From: Glutamicibacter phage Montesquieu
DNA: 32,000 bases
Reading direction: 5' to 3' (one strand)
Sequence record: OV696619.1
Of the stretch, positions 27,271 to 32,000 are shown one piece after another; position 1 is the first letter of the stretch; the number at the start of each line of letters is the position of its first letter. Below the pieces are notes generated by a model. That model was not told the origin of the DNA and did no database searches. It saw only the letters and a list, made by a program, of their open reading frames with translations. Position numbers and translations under genes: made by a program.

Positions 27271-29601
27271 CTAGATCAAATCCGTGGCAGTGAGCTCGTC
27301 GTCTGGGATACGAACGAACACCCGCTGGACGCCGTAGTTTGGTACGTCGCGTGGGAAAGGCTCCAGACGCCAGCCTGAGAAGTTGGACATGATCCGGTAA
27401 TATTCCCGGATCTGGTAGTCGCGGTTGTTCTCGGTGCGTGGAGCTCCCATGACCTCCATGTAGAGCTGCAAGGTGCAGACCTCGTTGATCGGCTCGGTGC
27501 CCTCGGTGCCCATGCCAGCGGCGCGGTCCTCGAACCACTGTTGTCGGCCGAATGAAGACGTAGACGCCCAGTCTCCAGGCACCAGCGTCTCCAGGTAGTT
27601 GCGCACCAGGCCGAACAGCGGCTCCTCTGCGATATGGCGCTCGCGTGCCTTGGCAGCCAGCTTCTCCTCCGTCGGGTTCAAGTAGAGCTTCTCCCCCTCG
27701 TGGTAGCGGTGGACGGCTTCAGCCCAGAGCTGGTCCACATACTCGTCAGTCATGGCGTCGAAGTCCACCTTGGTGGCCACCTCGACGACCAGGAAGCGGC
27801 GGTTGCCCTCCTCGTTGCGCAGGAATACTTCGTCGTTGGTCGTACCCCAGATCACACAGTGGCGTGGGTACTCCTGAGCGCTGCGCTCATAGGGCATACG
27901 GAAGGTGTCGCGGGTCTTGGTGAGGAACTCCTTCAGCTGGTTGAAGTCCGCCTTGCGCAGCGAGTGACCTTCATCCGAGGTAACGATCCAGCTGCGCTGC
28001 AAGTTGACCAGCGTGTCCTTGTCACCGATCTTGCCCAGCGAGCTGTCGAAGCCCCGGGCCATACGCTCGATCCAGTGGGACTTGCCCATGCCTTCCTTGC
28101 CGAACAGGATCATCATCTGATCCCACTTCACTCCAGGGGAGAAGACGCGGGCCACAGCCGCCACGAGGGCCTTGCGTGCCACCATACGCGTGTACTCGTT
28201 GTCCTCAGCTCCAGGCAGGCAGGTGTCCAGGCGCTCAGTGCCGTCCCACTCCAGGGCCTCCAGGTAGTCACGCACCGGGTGGAACCGGCGGTCCTGCGAG
28301 GCCGACTGGACGCGCTGGAACAACTTGTCCTTGGAGATCTTCAGGTGGTATTTACGCTCCGCATGGTCGAGCATCTTGGCCAAGTCCGCTTCGCCCAGCA
28401 CGTCAGCGTCGATCCGTGGACGCCAAGGGAAATCCTCCCGAGGCTCGATGACTCGCATCATCTCGTTGAAGTGGAAGTTGCCCAGCACCGGGTCGTGGCT
28501 GAACAGCAGATCCCAGTTGCCGATTGACTCCAGGGTCTCGCCAGTCTTCGGGTGCAACTTGAGCTCATTCCACCACGCCGCTGGAGGCGCTTCGGTGTTG
28601 GTCTCTGGGTCGAGGTTGTCAGCCATGTCGGACAGCTCGTCGGCAAAGTCTCGACCCAGCAGCTCGGTCACGACTCGGGCCTGTCGGCTCGCGAACTTCT
28701 CCATCTCCAGGTGGCTCGGGAGACGGTTGACTGGAGTCTTGGAGTCCACCTGAGAGTCCAGGTGAGCAAACTTGTGAATGCGTACTAGGTCGAAGGCGTT
28801 GCAGGCCTTGCCGTAGGCAGGGTCAGTCACGTGGTGGGAATAGAAAATGCCCCGGGAGACTTCGCCCATGCCTGCCACCGCCTTGGCCCCGGTGAACTTC
28901 CAGCGGCCTGAGCCGTCCTCTTCGTATGGCAGCTCAAAGGCCTCCACCAAGGAAGACAGATCGTCGTAGGCACGGTTGAAGGCCCCCAGAGTGCCACCCA
29001 GCTCGAACGGGTCGCGCTTCTGGTGCTTAGTGGGCAGGGGCAGCTCGGAGAGGTCGCCTTCGTAGTTTTCCATGACCTTGTCAGGATCCAGGGCAGGACC
29101 TTCGATGATCTCGTATTGGAAGGTTGAACCCTTCTGCACTGACGGCTTGAACATGTAGCGTTCATACTGGCTGGAGCCGGGGTCAAACTGGTCGCGACCC
29201 AGCATAGTCATCAGGGCCTCGGCCACCAGCGTGTACTCGTGTGGGGTAACTTCACGAGACAGCGGGATGATGAGTCGCCAGCGAAGGTTGTCAGGCGTTG
29301 ACGAGTACGTGGTGTGGACGAGCGCTGCGCACTCTGGGAGCAGCAGCTCCACTGACTGCAGGAAGTCCGCTCCCGGGGTGTCGATGTCGAGGGTCACGCC
29401 GCTACGGGAGATAACGGCGGTCTTGACTCGGCGGGTCCCTTTCAGCCTGCCGAGCATGTAGTTGCCACACTCTTTGCGGGAGCCTACTTGGTGCTCTGCC
29501 CAGTTGAGGATCTCTCCCCAAGTGAGCTCGGTGGCGTCCCAATTCTTGCTGTCTCGGTTGGCTGCGGTCACTGCCGCCAAGGTGAAATCACGATTGATCA
29601 T
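27271..29601 (-). CDS. VapE/VirE-like primase-helicase
   Basis: N-terminal primase-like region, then 'DQMMILFGKEGMGKSHWIERMARGF...RSWIVTSDEGHSLRKADFNQLKEFLTKTRDTFRMPYERSAQEYPRHCVIWGTTNDEVFLRNEEGNRRFLVVEV'. Confidence 0.8.
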   Translation of the reverse strand: MINRDFTLAAVTAANRDSKNWDATELTWGEILNWAEHQVGSRKECGNYMLGRLKGTRRVKTAVISRSGVTLDIDTPGADFLQSVELLLPECAALVHTTYSSTPDNLRWRLIIPLSREVTPHEYTLVAEALMTMLGRDQFDPGSSQYERYMFKPSVQKGSTFQYEIIEGPALDPDKVMENYEGDLSELPLPTKHQKRDPFELGGTLGAFNRAYDDLSSLVEAFELPYEEDGSGRWKFTGAKAVAGMGEVSRGIFYSHHVTDPAYGKACNAFDLVRIHKFAHLDSQVDSKTPVNRLPSHLEMEKFASRQARVVTELLGRDFADELSDMADNLDPETNTEAPPAAWWNELKLHPKTGETLESIGNWDLLFSHDPVLGNFHFNEMMRVIEPREDFPWRPRIDADVLGEADLAKMLDHAERKYHLKISKDKLFQRVQSASQDRRFHPVRDYLEALEWDGTERLDTCLPGAEDNEYTRMVARKALVAAVARVFSPGVKWDQMMILFGKEGMGKSHWIERMARGFDSSLGKIGDKDTLVNLQRSWIVTSDEGHSLRKADFNQLKEFLTKTRDTFRMPYERSAQEYPRHCVIWGTTNDEVFLRNEEGNRRFLVVEVATKVDFDAMTDEYVDQLWAEAVHRYHEGEKLYLNPTEEKLAAKARERHIAEEPLFGLVRNYLETLVPGDWASTSSFGRQQWFEDRAAGMGTEGTEPINEVCTLQLYMEVMGAPRTENNRDYQIREYYRIMSNFSGWRLEPFPRDVPNYGVQRVFVRIPDDELTATDLI

Positions 29602-31011
29602 TTAGATAGGACTTTCTAGGTGGGAGAGCAGTGCATCCTGGACGGAAGCCTTGCCAGCCAGCACCTCTCGCTTAGCATCATCTACAGTTCCAGGAGCCAC
29701 CAATCTATGGATGACTACTGGGTTCTCTTGCCCGCTACGGGCCAGCCTCTTGTTGGCCTGTTGGTATTCCTCCAGGTTCCATGTGAGCGAACTCCATACT
29801 AGCGTGTGTCCACCGAACTGGAGGTTCAGCCCATGACCTGCAGACGCTGGGTGAGCCAGCAAAATGGGCACTCGGCCTTCGTTCCACGCCTTCACGATAC
29901 CGGGCTCGTCGATGGTATGAGCGTCCTTTCCCAGCCCCGCTTTCAGCATCTCCAGCTCCGCCTTGTACTGGTAGAACACCAGCACCGGTGAGGTCGCGGT
30001 GTCGGCGATCTCCTGGACGCGCTTGACCCGGTCCTTGGAGATGATGGTGTACTCCTTGCCACGGATGTCTGCATCGTCTTTGTACAAGAAGCCCGCGTTG
30101 ATCTGACCCAGCTTCTGGCTGAGTACCCCAGCTGAGCTGGCAGTGCGCACCTCGTCGTCGATCATGCCTATGCCGAGGACGAGGTTCTTCTTGAACTCCT
30201 TGTACGCTCTGTGGGCCTTCTCGCTCAGTGGCACCTCAATGTCGTTCACCGTGACCGGTGGCAGAGCCACTCGGCCTTCGGTGCTCATGGCCAGGCAGGT
30301 GGGCTCCAGGAGGCGGTTGATCCGGGCAGGCGCTCCAGGCTTGGGACCCCACTCGGTGACCACGTGGCTGTTGGGCAGGGTACGCAAGGCGGTGAAGTAT
30401 CGCTCTCGGAAGCCGCCCAGCGTCGTTCCTAGCGCTTCTCCGCCGTCCAGGAGGTACATCTGCGCCCAGAGGTCTAGCAGGTTGTTAGGAGACGGTGTGC
30501 CAGTCAGCCCCCAGACGTATTTGATGGACTTCGACCGAGTGATCTTCTTGGCGTTGCGCCACCGCTGCGAGCTACGCGACTTGAAGGATGACATCTCGTC
30601 CACGATGAACGTGGTGAACGTACCGGCATGCGCTATGGCGTCCGCTAGGTTGTCACGAGACACCGCCACGATGTCCGCTCCTGAGTTCAGGGCCGCCTGA
30701 CGCTTGGTGGGTGACCCGGCTGCTACGGCGATCGACAGGTCTGGTCGGAACTTCTGGACCTCCTCTGGCCAGACTTCCTCCGCTACGCGCTTCGGTGCTA
30801 CGACCAGCGCGGGGAGCATCTCCGGCTGAAGCGCCATCAGCGAGATGCAGGTCTTTCCAAGTCCGATTAGCTACATATCCAGTAGAAGTGCGGCTCGCTT
30901 TCGGTTTTGTATGAATTTGACGGCCAGCTCCTGGTAATCACGGAGCTTTACTTCACTGGATATTGGATCACCTCCTGAGGTAGCAGGAGCGAGGTTGCTG
31001 GTGTTAGTCAT
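29602..31011 (-). CDS. SNF2/DEAD-like helicase interrupted by one in-frame TAG (30871-30873) at the Walker A motif
   Basis: One continuous frame MTNTSNLAPATSGGDPISSEVKLRDYQELAVKFIQNRKRAALLLDM-*-LI-GLGKTCISLMALQPEM...FIVDEMSSFKS...WGLTGTPSPNN. The stop splits it into a 46-aa ORF and the 411-aa track ORF. Confidence 0.8.
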
Positions 31012-31499
31012 AGCTCAATATCTTTCAGTCGGATACCGGGGCAGTCGCAAGGTGAACCGCAGTGGTTGTTGAAGTGGTGGGAAGCGTGGACCGATTGGGG
31101 CGGGAACACGATCAAGTTGCTGGGGTGATTGTTGCGCTTGTTCAGGTCCTCGTGGTGGACGATCTCACCGGGCTCTAGTGGTCTGTCGAGCATGAACTCT
31201 GCCACGGTACGGTGGATGTGCAAGCCGTCTCGTTTCTTGTAGCCTACCCCACGAGCCTCGGCTTCTAGTTGTTGGCCACGAACGGCACCACCGAGTTTAC
31301 CATAGACGCGCTGGTGCTCCGGGTCGGAGTTGATCTTGCCCATGTTGCACTTGCGTGAGCAGGCCTTCTGGCCCTCGAAGTTTGGGGTGGACTCTTGATT
31401 GCACTGTGGGCAGGTCTGTGGCTTGACCCGGCAGGCGGGGCAGCGGGGTTGGGATGACTTCCGATTCGTGCCCCCACAGTCGACACAATATCGTGTCAT
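31008..31499 (-). CDS. HNH endonuclease with N-terminal zinc ribbons
   Basis: 'YCVDCGG..CPAC..CPQCNQ..CSRKC' and 'IHRTVAEFMLDRPLEPGEIVHHEDLNKRNNHPSNLIVFPPQSVHASHH'. ATGA overlaps at both ends; track start (31577) is too long. Confidence 0.85.
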   Translation of the reverse strand: MTRYCVDCGGTNRKSSQPRCPACRVKPQTCPQCNQESTPNFEGQKACSRKCNMGKINSDPEHQRVYGKLGGAVRGQQLEAEARGVGYKKRDGLHIHRTVAEFMLDRPLEPGEIVHHEDLNKRNNHPSNLIVFPPQSVHASHHFNNHCGSPCDCPGIRLKDIEL

Positions 31500-31786
31500 A
31501 GTAGTTCCAGCCATTGCTTCTTCCTTCCAATCCATTCTTCTACTTCGGTCTTGCCGGTGAGTACGGTCACCGCACACCCCAGCTCTCTCAGCCTGCGGAT
31601 CTGAACCTTCTGGGCTTCGGATAGCACGCCTCCAACTTTCTTCAGTTCAACGAACTCCGTGCCCCCGGTAGGCCAGATCACTAGTCGGTCTGGCGTGCCC
31701 TTCGGGATAGGGAGCATCTTGCGTGTTTGGCCGCCTAAGCGTCGCACAAGTAGGTTGAACCGCTTCTCTACAGCGGATTCTAGCAT
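31496..31786 (-). CDS. VRR-NUC-like nuclease
   Basis: 'MLESAVEKRFNLLVRRLGGQTRKMLPIPKGTPDRLVIWPTGGTEFVELKKVGGVLSEAQKVQIRRLRELG' has the G-xPD...E-x-K VRR-NUC arrangement. Confidence 0.85.
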   Translation of the reverse strand: MLESAVEKRFNLLVRRLGGQTRKMLPIPKGTPDRLVIWPTGGTEFVELKKVGGVLSEAQKVQIRRLRELGCAVTVLTGKTEVEEWIGRKKQWLELL

Positions 31787-32000
31787 GTACTCTACTCTAC
31801 TACACGTCTCAAAACTACCCGACCGAGGCGGTCTTCCGCTAGGCGGCTGGCGTCTACTAGAGCTGTGCAGATCCACAGTCCAACTTATAAAATATAACAC
31901 TATAACAGTGGTTTTCTGTTTCAAAAATGAAGTTTTTAAGTGGCGCGATTTAGAGCATGAACAGAGCATGCATGCGGTTGACCTCTATGTTTGTCAATGA

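Noticed and set aside
26311-27378. 355-aa + strand ORF
   Set aside because: Antisense to the zinc-ribbon gene and runs through repeat copy E. No RBS or recognizable motifs.
27634-28527. 297-aa + strand ORF inside the VapE-like gene
   Set aside because: Antisense shadow. The opposite strand encodes clear Walker and primase/helicase motifs.
30865-30873. 9-nt insertion in the helicase as a transposon target-site duplication or intron remnant
   Set aside because: The flanking 9 nt are not duplicated, and 9 nt is too small for any intron core. Kept only as a readthrough/bypass/lesion hypothesis.

Overview
This window is part of an actinobacteriophage-like tailed-phage genome (host call is inference). 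The left block (1-10.4 kb, + strand) holds the tape-measure C-terminus, distal tail protein, tail/endopeptidase-like protein, small tail proteins, a GH18-like protein, a DUF2746-like protein, an M15-like endolysin, a holin and a peptidoglycan-binding-like protein. A perfect 34-bp palindromic terminator separates it from a right block (10.5-32 kb, - strand). That block encodes many small ORFs, a set of enzymes resembling a thymidine-hypermodification pathway, NrdF, DNA polymerase A, a DUF2815-like protein, a DUF2800-like nuclease, a VapE-like primase/helicase, an SNF2-like helicase, an HNH protein and a VRR-NUC nuclease. The modification set comprises two tandem P-loop kinases of the 5-hmU DNA kinase type, a fold-type-II PLP enzyme, two different aGPT-pyrophosphorylase-like proteins, and a thymidylate-synthase homolog fused to an Nmad1/DUF1599-like domain. 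Other strong signals are: five copies of a ~79-bp promoter/leader cassette, three of them fused to an upstream terminator hairpin; UNCG-tetraloop hairpins in leaders; an in-frame TAG plus a 9-nt insertion exactly at the Walker A motif of the SNF2-like helicase, next to an HNH gene; and a G7 tract that separates a tail protein from its apparent C-terminal domain. All family calls were made by eye from protein motifs. No database search was run.
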